Source: Synechocystis sp. PCC 6803 substr. PCC-P | GTDB lineage: Bacteria > Cyanobacteriota > Cyanobacteriia > Cyanobacteriales > Microcystaceae | Length of the DNA: 32,000 nucleotides | NCBI RefSeq assembly: GCF_000284455.1 | Contig: NC_017039.1 | Location: 1,200,001-1,232,000 of the forward strand | Reading direction: 5' to 3' | Part shown: positions 10,473 through 19,544 of the stretch, in pieces | Layout of the letters: every line of letters starts with the position of its first letter | How positions within the stretch are numbered: position 1 is the stretch's first letter | The notes under the pieces: generated by a model | The model's database searches: none | Told to the model about the DNA's origin: nothing | Seen by the model: the letters and a program-made list of their open reading frames with translations, nothing else | Translations under genes and position numbers: made by a program

Positions 10473-10697
10473 GTGAGCGTTATTGTCCCTGAAGATATTT
10501 TGACGGCAACCCCCATGACTGAAGCTGAAATGCGCCAGGAAATTGCCATTATGCTTTTTCAGAGAGAAAAATTGACCCTGGCCGAAGCCAGTCGCTTTGC
10601 GGAGATGCATAGAGTTCCATTCCACCATCAACTTTCTAGGTTCCCCATTGAAAAGGCGATCGCCAAAAGATCAGTCAAGTCATATTCCGGCGAATGA
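10473..10697 (+). CDS. UPF0175-like small protein, C-terminus apparently divergent or truncated
   Basis: MTEAEMRQEIAIMLFQREKLTLAEASRFAEMHRVPFHHQL matches the UPF0175 N-terminal pattern. The expected IHYD.EDFEADL.TL tail is absent. Confidence 0.55.
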   Translation: MSVIVPEDILTATPMTEAEMRQEIAIMLFQREKLTLAEASRFAEMHRVPFHHQLSRFPIEKAIAKRSVKSYSGE

Positions 10698-10709
10698 CCA
10701 TTTCAGCCC

Positions 10710-11492
10710 TTAATTATTTTGGTTAGCAACGAATTTATTAACCAGTTCAACATCAATATCTAACTCCTTGGCAATTTCGGCAATTGTAAGACCTAATTTC
10801 TTCAACAGGGGTATGGTTTCTAGTTTCGCCTCCAGCCTACCTTCTAGTTTGCCGGCAATTTTACCCTCCTCTAAAATTTCTTGATAGACAGCGGATTCTT
10901 TCATAATTTCACTCCTTAAAATTGTCTTGATCAGCTCAGGGGCCAACAGAATCCCTCCAAAAACAGAGGTTGCTGCCATGAGATTTGCCTTAACCCGATT
11001 ATCCTCAATCTGTTCCAATGCAGTCGCCACTTCCCTCAATTTTAATGTAGGGTCAGAGGTCTGCGTCAATACCGCTAGGGGTAATAACCCTGGACTTTGG
11101 AGAAATGTCTCCGATGGTTGCTCCCAAAGCCGAATCGCTTGATAACGGTGTAAAGTCTCCCCCACCTGAAAACTATCCTGATAAACTAAATCATTGTTAC
11201 TACGTTTCAGGTAGATGACAAATTGGTGCATAGTCTTCTGGGGGAAACGACGATAAACCCTTACCCGATAGTCCAACATCCGAAAGCCCATGGTGGGGTC
11301 AGGCTCCGTTTGGAATTCCAGATGCAACACCAAGTCTTCCGATTGCTCCAAAATCAGGGAGTCAGCCCGAATTGGCTCCAGGGAAAGTTCCGTCGGACTC
11401 AGCTTAGTCAATTTAATGGGTCGTCCCAGTAACCAGGCGGCATAGTCTTCGGAAAAGGATTCGGCCAGAAATTTGCACAGATTGTCAAACAT
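10710..11492 (-). CDS. Rpn/PD-(D/E)XK nuclease family putative transposase-like protein
   Basis: 260 aa; 'LADSLILEQSEDLVLHLEFQTEPDPTMGFRMLDYRVRVYRRFPQ' and C-terminal repetitive coiled region, typical of the widespread cyanobacterial Rpn/DUF4351-type family. Confidence 0.8.
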   Translation of the reverse strand: MFDNLCKFLAESFSEDYAAWLLGRPIKLTKLSPTELSLEPIRADSLILEQSEDLVLHLEFQTEPDPTMGFRMLDYRVRVYRRFPQKTMHQFVIYLKRSNNDLVYQDSFQVGETLHRYQAIRLWEQPSETFLQSPGLLPLAVLTQTSDPTLKLREVATALEQIEDNRVKANLMAATSVFGGILLAPELIKTILRSEIMKESAVYQEILEEGKIAGKLEGRLEAKLETIPLLKKLGLTIAEIAKELDIDVELVNKFVANQNN

Positions 11493-11671
11493 ACCCGAAT
11501 TTTACGATCGCCAATGGTTGGAACGAATTAAACTAGCAAGTAAACAAAGTTCTTATTTTCCCCATCTTGACCAAGTCAGATAGAGGAGTTAGTTATTTAA
11601 GTCCAATTTGGATAATTGTTACTAAATTTAATGTTTAACCACCAATAATTATAGTACAAAAATGACTTGAG

Positions 11672-12430
11672 ATGATAACTATGAATTTTAAACTGGAACA
11701 AGCGTTGGCTATGGTATTTATCATCGCCCCGCCCCTGGCGAGCACCAACCATCTATTAGCTAGTTCACCCAGTTATTATCCCCCAGCACAAACCCTGGTA
11801 GCCCAAGGTAATCAAGCAGAAATGGCCTATGCACAAATGGATCAATCCATGACCAATGCCATGGGGGAAATTGTGCCCTTTTTGACACTGCTTAGTGAGA
11901 TGGAAAACGTCCAAACTGATGAGCAATTACTGGCGTTGGCCCAACAGCTATATCCCATGGCTAATCGTATTACTAATAACTTTAGCCAAGCTTATCAAGC
12001 GGGGGAAGTGCTGTTACCAATGTTGCCAGCCGGTTCCATGGAGACTCAATATTTGAGCACAGTGGTTGCCATTAACGGTTTAGGGTCTCTGGCTTTTTCC
12101 CCTTGGCAAGAAATTCTTGGCCAGATTCAACAGGCCTATCAGGCAGAAAATACCGCCATCCTACAAGCGGCGATCGCCAAAGTACCACCAGCCATTAACA
12201 AATTAGCTGAGTTTGGGGGACAGCTCCAGTCCGTATTTCAGCAGGGGCAACAAATCCAAGCATCCCAAGCTTCAGCTTCTTCTAACATGTCTCCAGAGTA
12301 TTATCAGCGGATGTCTGACATCTACCGCATGGGTCATGAAACTAGCATGGGAATTTTGAACAATATACGCTCTGATGGTGAATGGCATTACAACTATAGT
12401 ACCGGCAGAGATGAATACCAGTATTACTAA
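11672..12430 (+). CDS. Hypothetical exported protein
   Basis: 252-aa ORF with an N-terminal hydrophobic stretch (ALAMVFIIAPPLAST) and a helical Gln/Ala-rich body. No family recognised. Confidence 0.55.
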   Translation: MITMNFKLEQALAMVFIIAPPLASTNHLLASSPSYYPPAQTLVAQGNQAEMAYAQMDQSMTNAMGEIVPFLTLLSEMENVQTDEQLLALAQQLYPMANRITNNFSQAYQAGEVLLPMLPAGSMETQYLSTVVAINGLGSLAFSPWQEILGQIQQAYQAENTAILQAAIAKVPPAINKLAEFGGQLQSVFQQGQQIQASQASASSNMSPEYYQRMSDIYRMGHETSMGILNNIRSDGEWHYNYSTGRDEYQYY

Positions 12431-12840
12431 AGGTGGATAAACCAGTCCCCAGCAGTAAATTTTTGCCGAGCATCAAGTTTTGATAGCGCTCAGGAAATAC
12501 CTTGGCCATAGAACTCGTTGGACGTCCTTCCACTAGATGAGGTCATTCCATAGAAAGTGCTTGAAGAGTTTTAGGCAAGCCTTTGAAGGATGAGATGGCG
12601 TTGCCAACATCCCACGGGGTTAGCTAGCAGAGCGTCAGAGAAAACTCACTACTTCAACACCAAAGGAAAAACCCTCAACCTTGCTTGCGGGGAATTTGGG
12701 GAATTTAATGATGGTTGCCCCTTGTGTGCCGCTTGGAGTTTATCTGTCATGGCGATCGCCAAAAGTTTTTGCCAGTTACTGGTGGGAGGCAAAGTTAAAG
12801 CCCGTCTTTCTGTGAAGTCTATATTTGATGGCACCGTGGA

Positions 12841-12999
12841 TTACCACCGTGCATTGGGGATGTTGTAGGCGATCGCCGAATCATCGACGCATTCCGCCAG
12901 AAATACTGCCCCAAAACCACCAGTACCCAGTAAAGACTGCAGGACATACCGCCCGCCTAGGCACTTTTGCTCTAAACTTCTCCAGGACGACAAAAACAT
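12841..12999 (-). pseudogene. Relic of the N-terminal lobe of a Ser/Thr protein kinase (52 codons, below the ORF-track cutoff)
   Basis: Hand translation of the minus strand: MFLSSWRSLEQKCLGGRYVLQSLLGTGGFGAVFLAECVDDSAIAYNIPNARW*. It contains the Hanks-type glycine loop GxGxFGxVFLA, and no catalytic loop follows in frame. Confidence 0.6.
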
Positions 13000-13259
13000 A
13001 GGCTTTCAGTGTAAACAGGCAAAGGTACTATGTAAAACTATGCCCTCCTGAAGACCATCATAGGTTCGCCCACCAAAAGCGAATATAAAGATTAGTAAAG
13101 AAAATTACTTTGCCAACCCCAACATCCGGCGATAATGCAAGCTTCAGCGAAAAGCAAGAGATTCTAGAAGAGATTAGAGCAATTTCAAGATAATTCCATT
13201 AATTGCTTGACTATTATTAGAGTTAGAATTCTTAGTTAATCGTCCCTTTTTGGAGAAGT

Positions 13260-14009
13260 ATGCCGCAATCGGAATCAAACATTGCCCTGCTAATTGATGC
13301 GGATAATGCCCCAGCGTCCAAAATTGAGGCGATCGTATCGGAAATTGCCAAATATGGAGTAGCCAATATTCGTAAAGCCTATGGCAATTGGAAAAGCCCT
13401 AACCTAAAAGCCTGGGAAGAATGTTTACATGAGTATGCCATTCGTCCCGTGCAACAGTTTGATTACACCAAGGGTAAAAATGCCACCGATGCCGCCATGA
13501 TTATTGATGCCATGGATTTGCTCTACACCCAACGGTTGGACGCCTTTGCCATTGTGTCAAGTGATTGTGACTTTACCCCTTTAGTAATGCGGATTTTGAC
13601 CAATGGACTAAAAGTTTATGGCTTTGGGGAGAAAAAAACTCCCTTGCCTTTTGTCTATGCTTGTTCGACATTTTTATACTTGGAAAGTATTGATCAAATT
13701 GAAAACTCTGAAGGGGCGACCCAAAGTTCCACTAGTGTTAAGAAAACTGGGAAGGAATTGAAACAAGACGCAAAATTAATTAGTTTACTTAGGAGTGCCA
13801 TTTCCAGCACCATTGACGACGATGGCTGGTCAAGCTTAGCTGAAATTGGCGGCCACATCAAAAACCAAGCATCCTTTGATTCCCGCAACTACGGCTATGC
13901 CAAGCTAAGTAGTTTATTTGAGGCGATTGATTTGTTTGAAATTGAGCGTAAAAACAGGGCAATTTACGTTAGGAATAGACAAAAAAAGTCCGCCACATCT
14001 AAGTCCTAG
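13260..14009 (+). CDS. NYN-domain putative RNase with C-terminal OST-HTH/LOTUS-like domain (LabA/DUF88 type)
   Basis: 'IALLIDADNAPASKIEAIVSEIAKYG', 'DYTKGKNATDAAMIIDAMDLLY', 'DAFAIVSSDCDFTPLVMRILTNGLKVYGFG'; C-terminal 'LLRSAISSTIDDDGWSSLAEIGGHI...FDSRNYGYAKLSSLFEAIDLFEIE'. Confidence 0.88.
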   Translation: MPQSESNIALLIDADNAPASKIEAIVSEIAKYGVANIRKAYGNWKSPNLKAWEECLHEYAIRPVQQFDYTKGKNATDAAMIIDAMDLLYTQRLDAFAIVSSDCDFTPLVMRILTNGLKVYGFGEKKTPLPFVYACSTFLYLESIDQIENSEGATQSSTSVKKTGKELKQDAKLISLLRSAISSTIDDDGWSSLAEIGGHIKNQASFDSRNYGYAKLSSLFEAIDLFEIERKNRAIYVRNRQKKSATSKS

Positions 14010-14137
14010 TTCTGGGCTGCACTATAGCTGAAAGATTTCAATACTCTACTAGAACGAAACTAGCTGCAGTTCTCAATCTAGGCCTATAAAAATTGGCCAG
14101 TATAGCCGGTATTCGGATAGCCACAATTACTTAATAG

Positions 14138-14185
14138 GGTACATCTTCTACTGGCAAAGTTAATTACAATAGCAGAAGATGCACC
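14138..14185. other. Inverted repeat (12-nt arms, one mismatch, 24-nt spacer) downstream of the NYN gene
   Basis: ggtacatcttct (14138-14149) versus agaagatgcacc (14174-14185), between two convergent genes. Confidence 0.4.
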
Positions 14186-14238
14186 AACGAATTTAGTGGC
14201 TATGGCTTTTTATCTGTTTATCTGTCATTGATAAATTG

Positions 14239-14475
14239 CTAAAGTTTGGCGTGGGCACCATCACAGAAGGGGGGATTATCGGTGTGCTTACAAAGACACA
14301 GGGCTACCTTTTGTGATTTCTCTAGGGTGAACTTTTGTGGGGTAAACCCCGTACCTTTATGTTTGCCATCACAGAAAGGTTGGTTGGTGGAATTGCCGCA
14401 GGCACACCAATAATAGTCTCCGGCTTCAAGCTCCATAACCATGGGTTTTGTATCGGCAATGGTTGGTTCAGTCAT
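14239..14475 (-). CDS. pirB: CDGSH-type iron-sulfur domain protein (two CDGSH-like motifs)
   Basis: 'YYWCACGNSTNQPFCDGKHKGTGF' and 'VALCLCKHTDNPPFCDGAHAKL'. The symbol is assigned from recollection of the Synechocystis pirAB locus and is tentative. Confidence 0.85.
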   Translation of the reverse strand: MTEPTIADTKPMVMELEAGDYYWCACGNSTNQPFCDGKHKGTGFTPQKFTLEKSQKVALCLCKHTDNPPFCDGAHAKL

Positions 14476-14524
14476 TATTTTCTCCTCTCAGGATATTGGT
14501 AAAAATTGGGTAAAATCGACAACA

Positions 14525-15223
14525 CTAAGGTAGGTCAAATAGTAGAAATTCCGTTGCTTCCCCCTGGCCGGTACAGGTGATGGCTTGCTCTTCGTTAATG
14601 CCTGCTCCGTCTCCGGTTTTCAGGGTTTTTCCATTCAATGTCAGATTGCCTCGGATAATCTGTAGCCAGGCTCTACGGTTAGATAGGCTGTAGCTGACTG
14701 TTTCCCCTTGCCCCAGAACGGAAGCATAAATGCAAGCATCTTGGTGGATAGTAACGGAACCATTCCGACCATCGGGGGATGCCACTAGCCTTAATTGTCC
14801 CTGTTTGTCTTCCGGGGAGAAAAACTTTTGCTCATAACTGGGTTCTACCCCAAATTGATTGGGAGTGATCCAAATTTGCAACAGATGAACGGGTTGATCG
14901 GGGGAGGGATTAAATTCGCTGTGGAGGATGCCGGTGCCCGCACTCATGCGTTGCACATCCCCAGGACGAATAATTGAACCATTGCCGATACTATCTTTGT
15001 GTTCCAGTTCTCCCTCCAGGACGTAGGTGACAATTTCCATATCTTTGTGACCATGGGTGGCAAAACCCTGACCAGGGGCAATGTAGTCTTCATTAATGAC
15101 CCGCAGATTGGAGAAATTCATGTGGGCGGGGTCATAGTAATGGGAAAAGGAAAAGCTGAAATAACTATCTAGCCAGTCGAGTTTGCCATGACCCCGGGCT
15201 TCGGAGGGGCGGAGTGTGATCAT
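14525..15223 (-). CDS. pirA: Pirin family protein (YhhW-like bicupin)
   Basis: '[92 protein letters not shown]' is the classic pirin signature. Confidence 0.93.
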
Positions 15224-15279
15224 GATGACCTCCGTTATTTTTGTCGGTTGAGGTTTGTGACCTTGGTTCCCATTCTAGT

Positions 15280-15343
15280 TTGCATCCCCAATAAAGACAA
15301 TATAGTATTTTAAGCACAGATTGCATCCAAAATAGGGACAATA
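15280..15343. promoter_or_regulatory. Divergent pirA/LysR intergenic region with an imperfect 23-nt direct repeat
   Basis: TTGCATCCCCAATAAAGACAATA (15280-15302) and TTGCATCCAAAATAGGGACAATA (15321-15343), 19/23 identical, 41-nt period, just upstream of the LysR start codon. Confidence 0.5.
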
Positions 15344-15352
15344 GGAATATCA

Positions 15353-16240
15353 ATGGACAAACTTGAAAGTATTTACGCCTTTACCCAAGTTGTGCGGGAG
15401 GGCAGTTTTGCGGCGGCGGCGCGGAAAATGAATCTGGGGCGATCAACGGTGAATAAGATGGTGATTGCCCTAGAAAATGAGCTTAAAGTACAGCTTCTCC
15501 ACCGCAGTACCCGTAAAGTGACCCCCACCCCCACAGGGATAGCCTTTTATGAAAAATCGGTGCAAATTTTGGCAGATTTAGAGGAAGCAGAATTGTCAGT
15601 GTCCCAACTCCATGGGGAACCGAAGGGTCTGTTGCGAGTTAATGCACCCATGACCTTTGGCACCATGTACATTGCGCCGCTGGTGGCGAAGTTTATGGCT
15701 TTACATTCCCAAGTGGAAGTGCAGTTAACTCTGGAGGATCGATTTGTGGACGCGATCGCCGAGGGTTACGATTTATTGATTCGCATTGCCCAACCGCTGG
15801 AATCGGCTAGTTTGATCTGTCAACCTTTATTTCAGACTAAGTTACTACTCTGTGCGTCACCGGAATATTTAGCTGTACGGGGAATGCCCCAAGCTCTCGA
15901 GGATTTACAGCGCCACAATTGCTTACTTTATGGTTATTCCAGTGGGGGGAGTCAGTGGCAATTTCTCGGTCAAGCAGGGGAAAAAGTTATATCTGTTAGT
16001 GGCAATTTTTGCTCCAATAATGGGGAAGCTTTGGCGATCGCCGTGGCCCAGGGTTTGGGGATTGCGTTATTGCCCCAATTTATTGTCCAACCCTATTTAG
16101 AGGCAGGAAAAATGCAAATCATCTTGCCGGACTATTGCCTACGGGAATTAACTGTTTCCCTGATTTATCCGGTTAACCGCCACCTGGCCACTAAAGTTAA
16201 ACTCTTTACGGAGTTTCTCCAAGACCATTACCGCAAATAA
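15353..16240 (+). CDS. pirR: LysR-family transcriptional regulator
   Basis: N-terminal HTH 'FTQVVREGSFAAAARKMNLGRSTVNKMVIALENELKVQLLHRSTRKVTPTPTG'; divergent from the pirin gene. Symbol from recalled literature, tentative. Confidence 0.9.
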   Translation: MDKLESIYAFTQVVREGSFAAAARKMNLGRSTVNKMVIALENELKVQLLHRSTRKVTPTPTGIAFYEKSVQILADLEEAELSVSQLHGEPKGLLRVNAPMTFGTMYIAPLVAKFMALHSQVEVQLTLEDRFVDAIAEGYDLLIRIAQPLESASLICQPLFQTKLLLCASPEYLAVRGMPQALEDLQRHNCLLYGYSSGGSQWQFLGQAGEKVISVSGNFCSNNGEALAIAVAQGLGIALLPQFIVQPYLEAGKMQIILPDYCLRELTVSLIYPVNRHLATKVKLFTEFLQDHYRK

Positions 16241-18696
16241 GCAATGGTTACCCCAGCTCCCCCGTCATTTTGGGGCGCTAGGGCATAACTTTTTACCAAG
16301 GGATGGTGGGACAAATATTCCTGCACTCCTTGGCGTAATTTTCCCGTACCTTTGCCATGGATAATCCATAACACCCCGGCATCTAAAGCTTGATTAAGGG
16401 CTTTTTCCAAGCGGGATTCGGCCCGCTCTAGGCGATCGCCGCGGCAGTCCAACGTATTTTTTTCTGTCCGCACTAGCACCGGCGGGGATTTAGCTTCAGT
16501 TGCTGGAGGCTCGGCTTTAACTTTTTTCGGCACAGGTTCCGACTTAGGAGGCGGCTCCACCTTTTTGCCGTTTAGGGATTCAATGTCCGCCATGGGCACC
16601 GTCATTTTCATCAAACCTAGGGTGACGTTAACAGTTTGGGCAGTGGCATTGACCTGGGTCACTTCGGCGGTTTGGCCAAAACTAGGAATACGAATACGTT
16701 CCCCCACTGTGGGCTGGTAACCAATTGGTTTAGGGGCAACTTTTGCTTTTTGTTCAGCCTGAATCTGTCCGAGAATCTCCGTCGCCTGCTGAGCCTTTTG
16801 AGCGCTAGGTTTACCCCGTTGCAGTTGGCGGATAACTTTGGCAATTTCTTCCTTGGCGGCGGCGATCGCCTGTTGCACTTCCTGGTCTTGATAAGACTTT
16901 AATTCCCTTTCCCTCGCCTGCAGACTGGCCGCTTTTTGGGAAACCTGTTGGTAAAAAATTTCCGTTTCCTGGAGTAGCTTTTGTGCATTGGCTGCCTTTT
17001 GTTCCTGTTCCCGTCGCTGACTCTCCAACCCCGCAATGACTTGGTTAATGTCTTCGGAAAAACCGCCTAATTTATCCTTAGCCTGTTCAACTATGGCTAG
17101 GGGCAAACCTAAACGTTGGGCGATCGCCAGGGCGTTGGAACGGCCAGGAATCCCCCAAAGCAAACGGTAGGTGGGGCTGAGACTTTGGTCATCAAATTCC
17201 ACTGAGGCATTTTCAAACCGGGCATCCTGGTATTTCAGCGCCTTCAATTCCCCATAATGGGTGGTGGCCACCGTTAAACAGGGCTGGTCTGCTAAATGAC
17301 GCAATAGGGCGATCGCCAGGGCACTACCCTCGGTAGGATCGGTGCCGGCCCCTACTTCGTCCAGCAAGACTAAAGATGGAAAAATTGGATGGTTGGGAGA
17401 ATCAATTTCCGGGTCCAATACATCCTGAACTCCAGAGGGCAAAGCCTGCAAAATGCGGATAATGCGGCAAATATGCCCCGAAAAGGTGGAAAGATTTTGT
17501 TGTAAAGACTGTTCATCGCCAATATCCGCTAATATCTGGGCAAACCAGGGCATTTCCACTGTTTCCTTAGCAGGAATGTATAACCCCACTTTGGCCATCA
17601 AGGCCACCAAACCCAGAGTTTTGAGGGTAACGGTTTTGCCGCCCGTATTGGGTCCAGTAATGGCAATGACTCGAATTTGAGAATCAATGGTTAACGTGAT
17701 GGGAACCACAGCGGGCCCCCCTTCTTTTTCTGCCTGCCAATGGAGCAGGGGATGGCGCAATTGTCGTAACGTAATCGGCTTTTCATCTCCTGGGGTCAAC
17801 CATTGGGGAGGATGGGCCCCCAACCAAAAGCTATAGCGTACTCTGGCCGTGGCCAAATCCAAGCGGGTGGCGATCGCCAACAGATGTTCCAAATCCAGCA
17901 GAACTTCTAAAACTTGATCACTCAGTTGTCGCAGAATCCGTTCTTCTTCCGTTTGCTCCTGACGACGGGCTTGCCGCAGTTTATTGCCCAATTCCACAAT
18001 GGCTTGGGGCTCCACATACAGGGTGTTACCACTGGCGGAACTATCATGGACAATGCCGGGCATCTGTTCTTTGTAACCCGCTTTGATGGGTAAAACAAAT
18101 CTGTCCCCCCGTTGGGTAATTACTGCTTCCTGGAGGGCATTGCTTTGGCGTTGAATGATTTTTTGTAGCTTTTGCTGGATTTGCTCCCGTACAGCCTTTA
18201 ATTTTTGGCGAATTTCCCCCAATTTGGGGCTAGCCCGCTCGGCCACTTTGCCATCTTCCCCTAGGCAATGGTGGATGGCCTGTTCCAATTCCGGTAGGGT
18301 TCTTACTTCCGCCACCAAGGTTTGCAAAATTTCCAGGTCATCCCGTTCTTCGATGACCCGCCGCAATCTCCTTACCCCTGCTAACGTGCCGGCGATCGCC
18401 AACAGTTCCAGCCCCGTAACCAAACCGCCCCGTTCTACCCGGGCCAAAGGTTCAGTAATGTCGGCAATACCTTTAAAATGCCAATTACTTTCCGGAGAAT
18501 TTTCAATCGATTCCACCGCCTGGGTTTGGGCTAGCAATTCCCGACTTTCTTCCCACTGGGAAGGGGGCAATAAGTAGCGGGCGGCGATCGCCCCTAAGGG
18601 AGTTTGGGTAAAAGTGGACAAATGCTGACAAAGCCTGGGCCACTCCAACAGGGCCAAGGTCTCTTCCGCAATGGTTAAATTGGTGGAATCACTCAC
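16228..18696 (-). CDS. mutS2: Endonuclease MutS2
   Basis: 822 aa; 'ITGPNTGGKTVTLKTLGLVALMAKVGLYIPA', 'LVLLDEVGAGTDPTEGSALAIALL', 'VATTHYGELK', C-terminal Smr domain 'LDCRGDRLERAESRLEKALNQALDAGVLWIIHGKGTGKLRQGVQEYLSHH'. Confidence 0.97.
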   Translation of the reverse strand: MSDSTNLTIAEETLALLEWPRLCQHLSTFTQTPLGAIAARYLLPPSQWEESRELLAQTQAVESIENSPESNWHFKGIADITEPLARVERGGLVTGLELLAIAGTLAGVRRLRRVIEERDDLEILQTLVAEVRTLPELEQAIHHCLGEDGKVAERASPKLGEIRQKLKAVREQIQQKLQKIIQRQSNALQEAVITQRGDRFVLPIKAGYKEQMPGIVHDSSASGNTLYVEPQAIVELGNKLRQARRQEQTEEERILRQLSDQVLEVLLDLEHLLAIATRLDLATARVRYSFWLGAHPPQWLTPGDEKPITLRQLRHPLLHWQAEKEGGPAVVPITLTIDSQIRVIAITGPNTGGKTVTLKTLGLVALMAKVGLYIPAKETVEMPWFAQILADIGDEQSLQQNLSTFSGHICRIIRILQALPSGVQDVLDPEIDSPNHPIFPSLVLLDEVGAGTDPTEGSALAIALLRHLADQPCLTVATTHYGELKALKYQDARFENASVEFDDQSLSPTYRLLWGIPGRSNALAIAQRLGLPLAIVEQAKDKLGGFSEDINQVIAGLESQRREQEQKAANAQKLLQETEIFYQQVSQKAASLQARERELKSYQDQEVQQAIAAAKEEIAKVIRQLQRGKPSAQKAQQATEILGQIQAEQKAKVAPKPIGYQPTVGERIRIPSFGQTAEVTQVNATAQTVNVTLGLMKMTVPMADIESLNGKKVEPPPKSEPVPKKVKAEPPATEAKSPPVLVRTEKNTLDCRGDRLERAESRLEKALNQALDAGVLWIIHGKGTGKLRQGVQEYLSHHPLVKSYALAPQNDGGAGVTIAYLR

Positions 18697-18725
18697 TCTT
18701 TATGTCTTCGCGCATACTAAATCTA

Positions 18726-19490
18726 TTAACTGTCCTGGTTATCCTCAGAAAAATCCACAAGCACTATGGTGATGTTGTCCGAGCCGCCGGCATTTTTGGC
18801 TTCTTCAATTAATTGGACAGCCTGATCATCACAATTCCCCTGACCAGTGAGGATTTTTTCAATTAAATTATCGGGCACTTCCTCCGTTAAGCCATCGCTA
18901 CACATCATAAAGGTGTCTCCCGGTTGGGCATCTAGAGCTTCCACCTCGATAAAATTCAAATCCTGCCGCCCCAAACATTGAAACAGCACATGGCGCCAGG
19001 GGTGGACCTTAGCCTGGGCCGGGTCAATGTCCCCCATTTTCAAGGCCCTGGCCACCCAGGTATGGTCCTCCGTCACCCGCTCCAATTGCTGATTTCGTAA
19101 ACGATATAGGCGAGAATCCCCCACATGGGCCCGCCAAGCACCATCTTCCCGAAAGGCGATTAACACTGCGGTGGTACCCATATCCCGCCGTTCCAGGTTA
19201 ATTTTTTGATCCTCAAGAATACCTTCATTGGCATCCATTAGTGCATCCCTCAGCAATTGTTCCGAGGTAATCTCCGATTGCCAGTAGGTGTCCAGGTAAT
19301 CCCGTACCCTTTCCACTGCAATCCGACTGGCCTCTTCTCCTCCGGCGTGCCCCCCCATACCATCGGCGACAATGTAAAATCGTCCCTCTGGATCAAGGTA
19401 AAAACTATCCTGATTGTACTGACGAACTAGACCGGGATCCGTCTTTCCCGTGGAACTACAACTAACAACTGATAAATTCACTTCTGTCAC
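18726..19490 (-). CDS. pphA: PP2C-type Ser/Thr protein phosphatase
   Basis: 'YNQDSFYLDPEGRFYIVADGMGGHAGGEEAS', 'DMGTTAVLIAFREDGAWRAHVGDSRLYRLR', 'MMCSDGLTEE', 'AKNAGGSDNITIVLVDF'. The pphA symbol rests on resemblance to the PII phosphatase and is tentative. Confidence 0.95.
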   Translation of the reverse strand: MTEVNLSVVSCSSTGKTDPGLVRQYNQDSFYLDPEGRFYIVADGMGGHAGGEEASRIAVERVRDYLDTYWQSEITSEQLLRDALMDANEGILEDQKINLERRDMGTTAVLIAFREDGAWRAHVGDSRLYRLRNQQLERVTEDHTWVARALKMGDIDPAQAKVHPWRHVLFQCLGRQDLNFIEVEALDAQPGDTFMMCSDGLTEEVPDNLIEKILTGQGNCDDQAVQLIEEAKNAGGSDNITIVLVDFSEDNQDS

Positions 19491-19544
19491 AGGCCTTAGA
19501 AAATTGGGTTAGTTTTTAGTGGGCAGAGAGAGAGTGCTTGTCTT

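Noticed and set aside
12590-12868. 92-aa plus-strand ORF and its 61-aa antisense counterpart in the 12.4-13.2 kb region
   Set aside because: No recognisable family, mixed low-confidence composition, and it abuts the kinase relic; more likely chance ORFs in a decayed intergenic region.
17453-18577. Plus-strand ORFs inside mutS2 (17453-17680 and 18155-18577), the latter 140 aa
   Set aside because: Antisense shadow ORFs of a strongly supported MutS2 frame; Ser/Arg-rich composition typical of reverse-frame translation.
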